Below, piece after piece: positions 38,820 to 49,262 of a stretch of 64,000 nt of DNA. The first letter of the stretch is position 1. Every line of letters begins with the position of its first letter. The translations under genes and the position numbers were made by a program. This DNA is from an uncultured Actinomycetes bacterium (GTDB taxonomy: Bacteria > Actinomycetota > Thermoleophilia > Gaiellales > Gaiellaceae): positions 130,121-194,120 of the forward strand of contig CAWBPX010000013.1 of assembly GCA_963790695.1 (NCBI GenBank). The letters are read 5' to 3'. The notes under the pieces are model-generated. The model saw only the letters and a program-made list of their open reading frames with translations, did no database searches and was not told the origin of the DNA.

Positions 38820-39378
38820 CTAGTGGTGCCCGCGGCCCCCGTGGTCGTGGCCGTGGCCGCGCCGGATCTGGCCGCGGATCAGACCTGCGGGGTTGAGCGT
38901 CGTGTGGACGTTCGCGTACGTGTAGCCCTTGCGCATCGCGGTGAGGACCTCGTCCATCTCACCGGGTGCGATGCCCTGGCCGTTCGGGCCGACGATGTCG
39001 GCTGCGATCGATGTCGCCCTCGATCGTGCCCGAGCCGGGCGGTGCACGCCGGCTTGTCGCCGCCGCCGCACAGGAACGCGGCCACGCCGCCGGCCACGCC
39101 GGGCTGTCCGAAGTGGATGTGCGAGAAGAGCGTGTCGCCCTCGGCCGCTTCGAAGCCCGAGTAGTGCAGCCGTAGTGGATCGTGTCTCCGCTCACGGTCG
39201 CCCTGAAGGTGCCGTGACCGGGCGTCGACTCCGACGGCGTCTCCTCGAACCCGACGAGCTTGGCCGAGAACCGATTGCCGCCGTTCCCTCCGTGCCCCCT
39301 GTTGGCGAGCGCTGCGGCGGCCACGACTGTCAGGCCCGCGATCGCCAGCACTGAGATTGCGAGTGCAAGCTTGCGCAT
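38820..39378 (-). pseudogene. CHRD domain-containing secreted protein, about three frameshifts
   Basis: ATG 39378 follows GGGGAGG. Signal MRKLALAISVLAIAGLTVVAAAA. Pieces lie in ORFs 38959, 38879 and 38820 (SHIHFGQPGVAGGV..., YANVHTTLNPAGLIRGQI). His-rich tail. Confidence 0.65.
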
Positions 39379-39413
39379 GCTTAGCCTCCCCGATCTTCGG
39401 TTGCGATTGGTCA

Positions 39414-39749
39414 TTACGGCTGCTCGCGTGGGGCGGATTTCGCGCCGTCGTCGAGATGCTGCTCGACGAGCTGCTCGATCTCGGCCGCGTTCGCCTTGCC
39501 TTCGATCCGGCCGACCGCGCGCTTGCCCTTGATGAGGATCAGCGTCGGGACGCTATGCACCTTGAATCGCTCCGCGAGCTCGGGCTGCGCTTCGACGTCC
39601 ACGTTCGTGACGCTCAGGCGATGCCGCTCCTTGCGCGCGAGCTGCGCCAGGAGGCTCTCCATGCGTCGGGCAGGCCCCGACCGCCATGTGGAAAAGAAGA
39701 CGAGGAGGCCCCGGCGGCTGCGGCCGGACCCCCCGGATCGGCCGGTCAT
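39414..39749 (-). CDS. Thioredoxin-fold family protein
   Basis: ATG 39749 inside ORF 39414..40634. LLVFFSTWRSGPARRMESLLAQLARKE...VPTLILIKGKRAVGRIEG. Confidence 0.65.
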   Translation of the reverse strand: MTGRSGGSGRSRRGLLVFFSTWRSGPARRMESLLAQLARKERHRLSVTNVDVEAQPELAERFKVHSVPTLILIKGKRAVGRIEGKANAAEIEQLVEQHLDDGAKSAPREQP

Positions 39750-39808
39750 TCCCTCGTTTTCCCCTGGCTTTGCGGCGGCGAAACGCCCTCCCTCTAGACT
39801 GGACCGCG

Positions 39809-40226
39809 ATGGGGGACTGGTATTCGATCGGGGTGTTCGCCGGCCTCGGCGTGGCCCTCGGGATCGCGGCTGCAGGAGCGTTCGGCGGTCGCCGGTTCGC
39901 GCTCGTCGCGCCCTTCCTCGCCGGTGCGGTCGGAGTCGCGCTCGGCATCGTGCTGGCTGACGCGGAGGAGGCGGCGGCCGCGGGCGTGGGCGGAGTTCTG
40001 GGCGCGGTCGGAGCGCTCGAGCTCGTCCGCGGAGCGCTCGGCCGCGGCGGGACACGCCTCGGCAACCGCTCTGCTCGTCCTGCTCGGCGCCGTGGCGGTC
40101 GCGGCGCTCGCGTTCGTCCCCGTTCTCGGCTACGTCGAGGCGGTCGCCCTGCCCGCGCTCGGAATGCGGCTCCGCAGGCGCTCGGGACAGCGCTACGCCG
40201 GCCTGCGCTCGCTCGCCCGGGACTAG
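39809..40226 (+). pseudogene. Hypothetical Gly/Ala-rich membrane protein, one frameshift
   Basis: ATG 39809 in ORF 39686. A shift near 40055 leads into ORF 39924 (ALLVLLGAVAVAALAFVPVLGYVEAVALPALGMRL...). Confidence 0.45.
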
Positions 40227-40232
40227 CGCGCC

Positions 40233-41579
40233 GTGAAGAAGGTCGTCCTGATCGTCATCGACGGCCTGACGCCGGCCATGCTCGAACGTGCGGTCGAGAC
40301 GGACGACGTGCCCGCCCTGCGCTTCCTGATGAACGAGGGCGAGTACCGGCGCGCGGTCACGACGTTCCCCTCGCTGACGCCGGTCTGCCTGTCGTCGATC
40401 GCGACCGGAGCCCACCCGGACGTGCACGAGATCCCACACCTCGTCTGGTACCACCGCGGCGAGGAGCGGGTGGTCGAGTACGGCTCCTCGTTCGGGGCGA
40501 TCCGCGCGGCCGGGACGACGCGCGCGATCCGCGACGTCGATCTTCAACCTGAACGAGGAGCATCTCTCGCGCAACGCCGTCACGGTCTTCGAGGCGCTCG
40601 AGTCGGCCGGCCTCGTGAGCGCGGCCGTGAACATGGTCTGCTACCGGGGCCCGGCGCGGCACGCCCCGCTCGTTCCCTGGCTCAACCGGCCCGCCTACGG
40701 GCCGAGCCGGTTCTTCTACTTCAACCTCTTCGAGTCGGACGTGACCGGGGCGCCCTCTGGCCGTTCGCACACGCGCGCGTGGCTCCGTGGACGACTACGC
40801 GCGCATGGTCGGGCGCTGGCTCGTCACGCGCGACGGCTTCGACTTCCTCGTCTTCTACCTCCCGGACTACGACTTCGCCTCGCACGCCGCGGGGCCCGAA
40901 GCCGCGCACGCCGCACTCGCCCACGCGGACCGCGGCGATCGTGACGCTCCTCGAGGCCGCCGGCGGGCCGGACGAGTTCCTCGACCGCTACGACGTGCTG
41001 CTCTGCTCCGACCACGGCCAGACGAGCGTCGAGCGCGGGGAGCGCCTCCAGGACGCCTTCGCCGACCTGACGCTCTTCCACCGCGGGAACGGCCGTCCGG
41101 CGCAGCTCGCGGTCACGGCGTCGAACCGCGCGGGCATGGCCTACCGGCTTCCCGGTTGCCCCGAGACCGCGGAAGAGCTGGCGGCTCGGCTCGACGGGAG
41201 GGGTCACGTCGTCCTGTTCCGGGAAGAGGACCAGGCGGTGGCGCGACTGGACGGCATCGAGCTTCGGTTCGCCCCGTCCGAGGGGGGCTGGGAGTCGACC
41301 GGGGACGAGACGGTCCTGTCGCAGCCGGACGCGCTCGAGCGCGCGTGGGCCGCGCTCGCCAACCCGAACGCGGGCGACCTGATCGTCTCGGCCGCGCCCG
41401 GAGCCGAGTTCGCCGACCTCGGCGGGCGCCACCACGCGGGCGGGGGGAGCCACGGCTCGCTCGAGCAGGGCGACTCGGAAGTCCCGATGATCTCCGTCGG
41501 CGCCGGCCCGCCTCCCGCGAGGACGATCGACGTCGCGCCTCGCGTCCTCGAGAAGCTCGGCGTGCCCGATGGCCGTTGA
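40233..41579 (+). pseudogene. Alkaline phosphatase-superfamily protein (type I phosphodiesterase / nucleotide pyrophosphatase-like), three frameshifts
   Basis: VVLIVIDGLTPAML...FPSLTPVCLSSIATG. The middle part is in ORFs 40615 and 40787. The reading then returns to the first frame (LLCSDHGQT...GGSHGSL). Shifts near 40535, 40755 and 40930. Confidence 0.7.
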
Positions 41580-42208
41580 AGCCCGCCAGCGGATGGTCGA
41601 CGACCAGCTTCGGGGCCGGGACATCGTCGACCAGCGCGTGCTGGACGCGATGGAGCGCGTTCCCCGCGAGCTCTTCGTCCCGCAGGGCGAGCGCCACCGC
41701 GCGTACGCGGACGCCGCGCTGCCGATCGGGCACGGGCAGACGATCTCCCAGCCGTACATGGTCGCGCGCATCGCCGAGGTGCTCAGCCTGACCGGTCGGC
41801 GAGAAGGTGCTCGACGTCGGCAGCGGGTCCGGCTACCAGGCGGCGGTGCTCGCCGAGCTCGCAGACGAGGTGCACACGATCGAGCGCATCCCCGAGCTCG
41901 CCGCCCAGGCGCGGGAGAACCTCGCCGCGGCCGGCTACGAGAACGTGCACGTCCACGTGGGCGACGGCACGCTCGGCCTGCCGGACGAGGCTCCGTTCAC
42001 CGCGATCGCCGTCGCGGCGGCCGCACCGGAGATGCCGGAGCGGCTCTACGACCAGCTCGAGCCGCGGGGAAGGCTCGTGGTCCCGCTCGGCGGCCGGTGG
42101 GGGCAGCGGCTGGAGGTGATCGTCCGCAGCCCGGAAGGCCCGGCGGTCATCCACTCGGTCCCGTGCCGGTTCGTCCCGCTCGTCGGAGAGCAGGGCTTCG
42201 ACGAGTGA
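41569..42208 (+). pseudogene. pcm: Protein-L-isoaspartate O-methyltransferase, one frameshift
   Basis: [13 protein letters not shown], then after a shift near 41795 [16 protein letters not shown] (ORF 41807, which ends at 42208). Confidence 0.85.
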
Positions 42209-42470
42209 AGCGGGCGCACGTGGTGGTCAGCGGGATGGTCCAGGGCGTCTTCTTCCGGGCCGAGACGCGCGACCGCGCGAGGTCGCTCGGGACTCGGCGG
42301 CTGGGTGCACAACAGATCGGACGGAGCCGTGGAGGCGGTGTTCGAGGGCGACGACGAGCGGGTGGACTCGATGGTCGACTGGTGCCGCCGTGGGCCTTCG
42401 GGAGCCCAGGTCGAGGAGGTCGACACCAAGCTGGGCGGCTCCAGAAGGGGAAACCGGCTTCTCGATCCGG
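42205..42470 (+). pseudogene. acyP: Acylphosphatase, two frameshifts
   Basis: GTGA overlap. [24 protein letters not shown], then [33 protein letters not shown] (ORF 42305), then [11 protein letters not shown] and TAG 42468-42470. Shifts near 42295 and 42438. Confidence 0.75.
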
Positions 42471-42504
42471 TAGCAGCGTTTCCACGTCCTTGGCTACGGG
42501 CACA

Positions 42505-42777
42505 ATGGTGGCTCTGATGCGAGGAGTCGAGGCACTCAACAAGCGGGTCATGACGAGCGGCATCGAGCTGGGCCGCGTCGTCGACGTGATCCTCGACGAG
42601 GCCGGAGAACGCCCCGTCGGCTTCGACGTCCTCTGCGGCGACGGGAGCCATCGGTTCCTTCCGTTCCCGACGGCGCGGCTCGAAGGCGAGCACGTGGAGG
42701 TCGACTCCTCGCTGATGCTGCTCGAGCGCGAGCAGCTCGACTTCTACCGCAAGCACGGACGGCCTCTTCGCGCCTGA
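42505..42777 (+). CDS. PRC-barrel-like small protein
   Basis: ATG 42505 in the tail of ORF 41569..42777. [33 protein letters not shown]. Confidence 0.5.
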   Translation: MVALMRGVEALNKRVMTSGIELGRVVDVILDEAGERPVGFDVLCGDGSHRFLPFPTARLEGEHVEVDSSLMLLEREQLDFYRKHGRPLRA

Positions 42778-42801
42778 AGTCGCTGCTACGCTCGCCCGCT
42801 G

Positions 42802-43242
42802 ATGGCTAACGGCGCGTCCAGCATCGCTGCGGCACGTGCGCGTGCGACCAGCGCGCTCCGCCGGCCGCACAACTGGGTGCAGCTGGCCAAGTTCTGCACC
42901 GTCGGCGCGGTCGGCTACGTCGTCAACCTCGCGGTCTACACGTGGCTCGTCCGGACGGGCCTGCACTACAACGTCGCGGCGGCGTTCTCGTTCCTCGTCG
43001 CGGTCACGAACAACTACACGTTGAACCGCCTCTGGACCTTCCGCGGGGAGCGCGGCCACGTCGGCTACCAGGGCCTGCGCTTCCTCGTCGTCTCGCTGCT
43101 CGCGCTCGCGGCCAACGAGGTCCTGCTGACGATGTTCGTCGCGGCCGGGGCCGGCAAGGTCGTCGCCCAGGCGATCGCGATCGTGCTCGTCACGCCCATC
43201 AACTTCGTGGGCAACAAGCTCTGGTCGTTCAGGCGACGCTGA
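42802..43242 (+). CDS. GtrA family protein
   Basis: Complete ORF. LAKFCTVGAVGYVVNLAVY...NNYTLNRLWTF...PINFVGNKLWSF. Confidence 0.85.
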   Translation: MANGASSIAAARARATSALRRPHNWVQLAKFCTVGAVGYVVNLAVYTWLVRTGLHYNVAAAFSFLVAVTNNYTLNRLWTFRGERGHVGYQGLRFLVVSLLALAANEVLLTMFVAAGAGKVVAQAIAIVLVTPINFVGNKLWSFRRR

Positions 43243-43249
43243 GGGGCTG

Positions 43250-45030
43250 ATGCGGCGAGTCGTCCTCGCCCTCGTGGCGGTCGCGGTCGTGACGCCTGCG
43301 GCGCACGCGGCGACCACGACGACGGGGCCCGTCTACGACTCGAAGGGGCGACTGGTGCAGGCGCCGTTCGCGCCGACGGTCGCGCCCGCGAAGCTGAACG
43401 AGAAGCGCGCGACCGCGATCTTCCTGCGGAACCACAAGGTCGCGGACTGGCTCGACCGCTACCCCACGCGCGACCGCGTCACCGACGCGACGTACGACAA
43501 GAAGCTGGACGACTGGAAGGTCGGGGTCTGGTGGGGCTCGGCCGGGCAAATCGCAAGCGGTCGCGTCGACGATCAGACCGGCCTCGTCACGGAGGCGTGG
43601 ACCGGCCCGCAGGTCGCCTGGAAGATGGCGCGCGGCTCGCCTGGAGCCTTCGGCGGCCGGCAGATCAACTCGTGGCCGATCTGGCTCGGCTTCTGTGTCC
43701 TGTTCTTCGTCGGGCTCGCGGACCTTCGCCGGCCGCTCTCGGTGCGGAACCTCGACCTGCTCGTCCTGCTGTCGTTCTCCGTGTCGCTCTGGTTCTTCAA
43801 CCGAGGCGACATCTTCACGGCCGTCCCGCTCGCGTACCCGCCGATGGCGTACCTGCTCGGGCGCATGGTGTGGGTCACCTGGCGCGGCGGCCCCGAGCGG
43901 TCGCGCGCCGTGTGGCCCGTGTGGCTGCTCGCGGCCGGGGCCGTCTTCCTCACGGGCTTTCGGGTCGGCCTCAACCTCAGGGACTCGAACGTGATCGACG
44001 TCGGCTACTCGGGCGTGATCGGCGCGGAGCGGATCGTGCACGGCGAGATGCCGTACGGGCACATGCCGAAGGAGGGGGCGCTGAAGCCGTGCGGGCCCTC
44101 CGACGCCGACGGCGAGATCCGCGAGCGCATCCAGACGAACGGCCGCTGTGAGTCGGCGAACGAGCGCGGCGACACCTACGGCCCGGCCGCGTACGAGGCG
44201 TACATCCCCGGGTACGCGGTCTTCGGCTGGAGCGGGAAGTGGGACCGCCTGCCCGCGGCGCACGCGACCTCGGTTCTCTTCGACCTGCTCGCCCTGCTCG
44301 GGCTGGCGCTCGTCGGCCGGCGCTTCGGAGGAGCGCGACTGAGCGCGGCTCTTCCGTTCGCCTGGGCCGCCTATCCGTTCACGCAGTACGCGTCGAGCTC
44401 GAACACGAACGACGCGATCATGCCCGTATTCCTGATCTTCGGCTTCTGGCTCGTCACGTCCGCCTTCGCGCGTGGGGCGTTCGTCGCGCTCGCGGGGTGG
44501 ACGAAGTTCGCGGCGCTCCTGCTCGTCGCCCCTCTGGGCGTCCGTATCCGGAGTCGCGTCGGTTCTCAGGAAAAGGCTTATTTGCAGGAGGATTTGCCGT
44601 CGCTACGGCCGCCGCGTTCTCGATCCTCCTCCTGGAGCCGAGCCCGGCCCACGCCGCCCGCGTCTTCTGGGACCGCACGTTCGGCTGGCAGGTCGGACGC
44701 GATTCGCCGTTCTCGATCTGGGGTTGGGGCCAGTACCACGCGGCGGGGATCCCCGACCTCGGGTTCCTGCAGCAGCCGGCCATCGGCCTGCTCGTGGCAG
44801 GGGCGATCGCCTGCTACTTCGTCCCCCGGCGCAAGACGGCGCTCCAGCTCGCCGCGCTCACGGCCGCCATCCTGATCGGCTTCGAGCTCACGCTGACCCA
44901 CTGGTTCTACCTCTACATCCCCTGGTTCTTCCCCTTCGTCGCCTTCGTCGTGCTGGCCGCCCGGCGCCGACGAGTCGAGGCGCCTCCGGCCCATGACGAC
45001 GCTGAGCGCGAGCTCGTCGCGACCGGCTGA
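43250..45030 (+). pseudogene. Large integral membrane protein, GT-C-like glycosyltransferase candidate, two frameshifts
   Basis: Signal peptide, periplasmic domain, then many TM segments. Pieces in ORF 43250, a short stretch in ORF 44472, and ORF 44239 to 45030. Shifts near 44525-44550. Confidence 0.55.
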
Positions 45031-46253
45031 CGCCGGGTACGCGGCCGCGGCGACGCTCGTCGCGGTCGTGCTCTTCCTCTTCTCCTGGGCGCTCCTGCAT
45101 CGCGGCTTCTTCGCGCACGACCCGATCGTCGACACGCCGGTCTACGAGCGCTACGGCTCGGCGATCGACTCGGGGCAGGTGCCGTATCGCGACTTCGCGC
45201 TCGAGTACCCGCCCGGCGCGCTGCCCGTCTTCGTGCTGCCTGCGCTCGGAGGCGCGCGCGGAGACTCGTACCGTCGCCGGTTCGAGGCGCTGATGGCGTT
45301 GCTCGGAGAGCTGATGCTCGTCACCGTCGCAGTCGCGCTGGCCGCGCTCGGGGCGGGCAGACGCTGGCTGCTCGCTGCGCTCGGGCTCGCCGCGGTCGCC
45401 CCGCTCCTGCTCGGGCCGGTCGTGCTCTCGCGCTTCGACCTGTGGCCGGCAGCGCTGACCGCGATCGCGCTCGCGGCGCTCGCCGGCGATCGGTTACGGC
45501 TCGGCCACCTCGCGCTGGGGGCGGCGGTCGCGGCGAAGCTCTACGCGGCCGTGCTGGTCCCGATCGCCCTCGTGTACGTCTGGCGGCGGAAGGGGAGGCG
45601 CGAGGCGCTCGTCTGCGGCGCACTGCTCCTCGGCGGTGGTAGCGATCGCGTTCGTTCCGTTCCTCCTCGTTGCGCCGCAGGGCGTCTGGGACAGCCTCTG
45701 GAACCAGGCCACTCGCCCGCTGCAGATCGAGAGCCTCGGCGCGGCGCTCATGCTCGTCTCGCACCACGTCTTCGGCACCGGCGTGACGATGGAGTCGAGC
45801 CACGGCTCGCAGAACCTCGCCGGCACGACGGCCGACGCGTTCGCCGTCGCCCAGTCGGTTCTGCAGCTCGCGACGCTCGCCGCGGTCTGGATCCTGTTCG
45901 CGCGCGGCCCGGCGACGCGGACGAGGCTCCTCTACGCGAGCGCCGCCGCCCTGGTCGCGTTCGTCGCGCTCGGCAAGGTGCTCTCGCCGCAGTTCCTGAT
46001 CTGGCTGATCCCGGTCGTGCCGCTTCTACGCGGCCGCCGAGGATTGACCGCCGCGGTGGTGCTCACGGTCGGCCTCGTCCTCACGCAGCTCTGGTTCCCG
46101 TACCGCTACTGGGACCTCGCGCTCCACTTCGGGACGCTCGAGTCGTGGCTCGTCCTGCTCAGAGACCTCGTGCTGCTCGCGCTGCTGGCGGTCGTCGTCC
46201 GCGGATTAGTCGAGCGCGACCCGGAACGCCTCACAGCTCGTAGCGCGGCCTGA
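44993..46253 (+). pseudogene. DUF2029-type (GT87-like) membrane glycosyltransferase, one frameshift
   Basis: VYERYGSAIDSGQVPYRDFALEYPPGALPVF is the DUF2029 hallmark. A shift near 45630 leads into ORF 45636. The last 48 nt overlap the convergent ymdB. Confidence 0.65.
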
Positions 46254-46985
46254 GCCGTCGCACTCGACGAGCGCGCCCTCGAGCCGGACGCCGCCCTCGG
46301 CGGTCTCGAACCGGACCGGCATCCCGGTGCGCATGCGCTGGATCGCGAGCTCGGCCTTGACGCCGATCACGGAGTCGTGCGGCCCCGTCATCCCCGCATC
46401 GGAGATCGCCGCGGTCCCGCCGGGCTGCACGCGCGCATCGTTCGTCTGCACGTGCGTGTGCGTCCCGAAGACCGCGGTCGCCTTCCCGTCCAGGTGGATC
46501 GCCAGCGCGACCTTCTCGCTCGTCGCCTCGCCGTGGAAGTCGACGAGCACGACCGGCGTCTCGCGGCGCGCCTCCTCGACGAGCTCGTCCACGATCTCGA
46601 ACGGCGCGACTGCGGGCGCCATGAACAGGTCGCCGAGCAGGTTGAGCACCGCGACCTTCGTCCCGTCGCGAGCCGGGGCCACGGTCCAGCTGCGACCGGG
46701 TGAGGCTGCGGACAGGTTCGCCGGGCGCACGATGCGATCGCTTCCCGACAGGTAGGGCGCGATCTCCTTCCTGCGCCAGACGTGGTTGCCGAGGGTGATC
46801 ACGTCGACCCCTGCGGCGAGCAGGCGGTCCGCGAGCTTGGGCGTGATCCCGACACCGTCCGCCGCGTTCTCGCCGTTCGCGACGACGAAGTCCAGGTCCA
46901 GCTCCTCACGCAGTCCGGGCAGCCGCTCCTCGACCGCGCGCATGCCCGGCCGGCCGTTCACGTCCGCGACGAAGAGGATCTTCAG
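46206..46985 (-). CDS. ymdB: YmdB-family metallophosphoesterase (TIGR00282-type), apparent CTG start
   Basis: (L)KILFVADVNGRPG, ANGENAADGVGIT, ITLGNHVW, DFHGEATSEK, GTHTHVQTND. The residue aligned with the usual Met is a CTG at 46985-46983 that overlaps the upstream TGA (CTGA). Confidence 0.8.
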   Translation of the reverse strand: MKILFVADVNGRPGMRAVEERLPGLREELDLDFVVANGENAADGVGITPKLADRLLAAGVDVITLGNHVWRRKEIAPYLSGSDRIVRPANLSAASPGRSWTVAPARDGTKVAVLNLLGDLFMAPAVAPFEIVDELVEEARRETPVVLVDFHGEATSEKVALAIHLDGKATAVFGTHTHVQTNDARVQPGGTAAISDAGMTGPHDSVIGVKAELAIQRMRTGMPVRFETAEGGVRLEGALVECDGSGRATSCEAFRVALD

Positions 46986-47762
46986 GGTGTTACTTGCGTT
47001 GCGGCGTCGTGCACTTCGACCGACGCGTGGTTCCCCGCGTCCTGCGTGTACCGGGCGAGTGCCTGCTGCTCGACGTCGGAGAAGTCGATGACCGTTCCGA
47101 TCTTCGAGATGGACGCGGCCACGGACGAGCCGACCGTCAGCGCCGGATCCGGGCGCAGGTGCGTCACGCGAACCACCAGCGCCGGCGCGCTCGTCGGCTG
47201 GATGTCGATTCGCGCCCCGTACGTCTTGCCGCGAAGCGTGAGCGGCGTGATTCCGACGATCGTCCCGTCCACCGGCGAGTAGACGTCGGTCCCGGGCGAG
47301 GCGCCGACGTCGAGCGACGGCCGTGCTCGGTCCGGTCTCACCGCCGAGCATGTAGTACGAGAGCCCGCGCTCGCCGCCGCCGAAGAGCTTGCCCGCGATT
47401 CGCTGGAAGAGCCCCTCGTTCTTCTGCCGCCCGACCGGCTCCAGGGAAAGCGCTCCGCCGCCGACGGCGTGGTAGCCGATCGCCGAGACCCGGCTCTGCG
47501 CAATCGGGAGCTGCAGGCGCAGCGATCCGCGCAGCGCGACGACCTGCGCCCGCGGCTGGCCGGCCGGCAGGAACCGGTTGGCCGACGCGGGACGCATCTG
47601 CGTGGGCTTCGACGAGCCGGGACCGAAGGCGGTGAGCAGGAACGTGACGAGAAGCGCGATCGAAAGCACGATCAGGCCGGCGATTCGCCGGGCTCTTCGT
47701 CTTGCGGAGGCTCGAGCCTTTGACGTGCGGCGCGCCTGCCCGCGGGTGCGGGGCGAGGGCAT
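46982..47762 (-). pseudogene. LytM/M23-like domain membrane-anchored protein (catalytic His residues not evident), one frameshift
   Basis: ATG 47762. Arg-rich cytoplasmic tail plus TM IAGLIVLSIALLVTFLLTAF. A shift near 47300 leads into ORF 46982..47503 (GTDVYSPVDGTIVGI...VRVTHLRPDPALTVGSSV...GNHASVEV). Confidence 0.6.
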
Positions 47763-48044
47763 GCGGGGCACCGTAACCGATGTCTCCTGGTTCTGCAAAA
47801 GCGCGCGGGATGCACGATTTTGCAGGAGCGCGAGCCGCGGCGAAGGGGGCGCTTCCTCCCAGACGAGGTCCGGCTGGAGGGCGAGCGCACCGTCGGTGGC
47901 AGCCGCCCGGCCGAGCAGTTGACCGGTGGAGGGGGTCTGCGGGAGCCGGGAGGTCTCCGCAGGGCGTCTCGTGATTTCCGCCTCGAAGGACCACTCCCAG
48001 GCCGGGGGCCTGAACGTCAGGACTTGGGCGCTACGATTGCCCTC
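47763..48044 (-). promoter_or_regulatory. Long structured 5' leader; candidate ydaO-class (c-di-AMP) riboswitch
   Basis: Minus-strand reading contains, in order: GCAAUCG, UGGGAGUGGUCC, GGCGGAAAUCAC, GCGGAGACCUCC, CCCGCAGACC, CCGGUCAACUGCUCGG. These resemble the two-fold AAUC / GGxxxACC / CCCG...AGCUAACUCCGG pattern of c-di-AMP riboswitches. Then comes the hairpin CUGCAAAA-N17-UUUUGCAG near the start. Judged by eye only. Confidence 0.35.
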
Positions 48045-49262
48045 ATGTCGGACGGGGCGCCGACGATCCAGATTCCGCGCTGGATCCAACTGGTCGGACT
48101 CCCGATTGCGGCGCTGATCGCGCTCCTGATCGTAGGGAAGGTCTTTCACGCGGTCTTCCTGTTCCTGGTCGCCGGATTGATCGCGCTCCTGCTCGACCCG
48201 CTGGTGCGCGCCCTTGAACGGCTGAAGATCCCGCGCGGCTTCTCGATTGCGATCGTCTACCTCAGCTTTGCCGCCGCGCTGGCCGTCGTCGTGCTCGCCC
48301 TCGGCGTCATCGTGATCGACCAGTCACAGTCGGCTGCCAATCGGATCGACGACTACGTTACGACCGAGAGCGGACAGCCCCCGCAGACCGGGGTGGAGCG
48401 CGACGTCGACCGTCTCCAGCTGTGGCTGGACACCCATCACCTCGAGCGGATCGACATCCGTCGGCAGGGCCAGGACTTCGCCGAGAACATCAAGGGCAAG
48501 GACGTCGAGAAGTACACGTCCGAGGCGATCGACTTCCTGCGCGGCGCGGCGATCTCGATCTTCCAGCTGATCTTCAGCGTCGTGCTCGTCCTGGTCGTCT
48601 CGATCTACATGCTCCTCGACCTCCGGCGGCTGAAGGGCGGGGTCGACCGGCGCTTCCCGCCCAAGCCGGGGCACCCGGGGCTGATCCTGAGCATGGAGCA
48701 GGCGGTCGCCGGCTACGTGCGCGGCCAGGTGCTGCTGTCGCTGATCATCGGCGCGAGCGCAGGCGTCGGCCTGTGGGTGCTGGGGACGATCGGCCTCGCT
48801 CCGGGCGCGGACCGGTACGCCGTCGTGTTCGGCTCCTGGGTCGCGTTCATGGAGCTGATCCCCTACCTCGGGCCGTGGCTCGGGGCGATCCCGCCGATCC
48901 TGTACGAGCTCGTCGTGCACCCGATCTCGGCCCTCTGGGTTGCGCTGCTCTTCCTCGGGATCCACCAGATCGAGGGCCACGTGGTCGTGCCGAACGTGAT
49001 GGGGAGCGCACTGCGCCTGCACCCGCTGCTCGTGATCTTCGGGCTGCTCGCGGGGGCCGAGCTGTACGGGCTGGCCGGGATCTTCGTCGCGCTGCCGCTC
49101 CTGGCGGTGATTCGCGCGTTGTGGGAGTTCTTCTCCGACCGGATCCGGTTCGAGGACTGGAAGGGCGGGCCGGTGCCTGTCGAGGTGGAGGTCGAAGAGA
49201 CGCGTCCCATTGCGCCTGTCCCTCCAGAGGAGGAGCCGCCGGAGGCTAAGGTGGCTCCGTGA
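48045..49262 (+). CDS. AI-2E family transporter (PerM-like permease)
   Basis: ATG 48045 (residue 76 of ORF 47820..49262). Typical 8-TM layout with [16 protein letters not shown]. Intact. Confidence 0.85.
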   Translation: MSDGAPTIQIPRWIQLVGLPIAALIALLIVGKVFHAVFLFLVAGLIALLLDPLVRALERLKIPRGFSIAIVYLSFAAALAVVVLALGVIVIDQSQSAANRIDDYVTTESGQPPQTGVERDVDRLQLWLDTHHLERIDIRRQGQDFAENIKGKDVEKYTSEAIDFLRGAAISIFQLIFSVVLVLVVSIYMLLDLRRLKGGVDRRFPPKPGHPGLILSMEQAVAGYVRGQVLLSLIIGASAGVGLWVLGTIGLAPGADRYAVVFGSWVAFMELIPYLGPWLGAIPPILYELVVHPISALWVALLFLGIHQIEGHVVVPNVMGSALRLHPLLVIFGLLAGAELYGLAGIFVALPLLAVIRALWEFFSDRIRFEDWKGGPVPVEVEVEETRPIAPVPPEEEPPEAKVAP

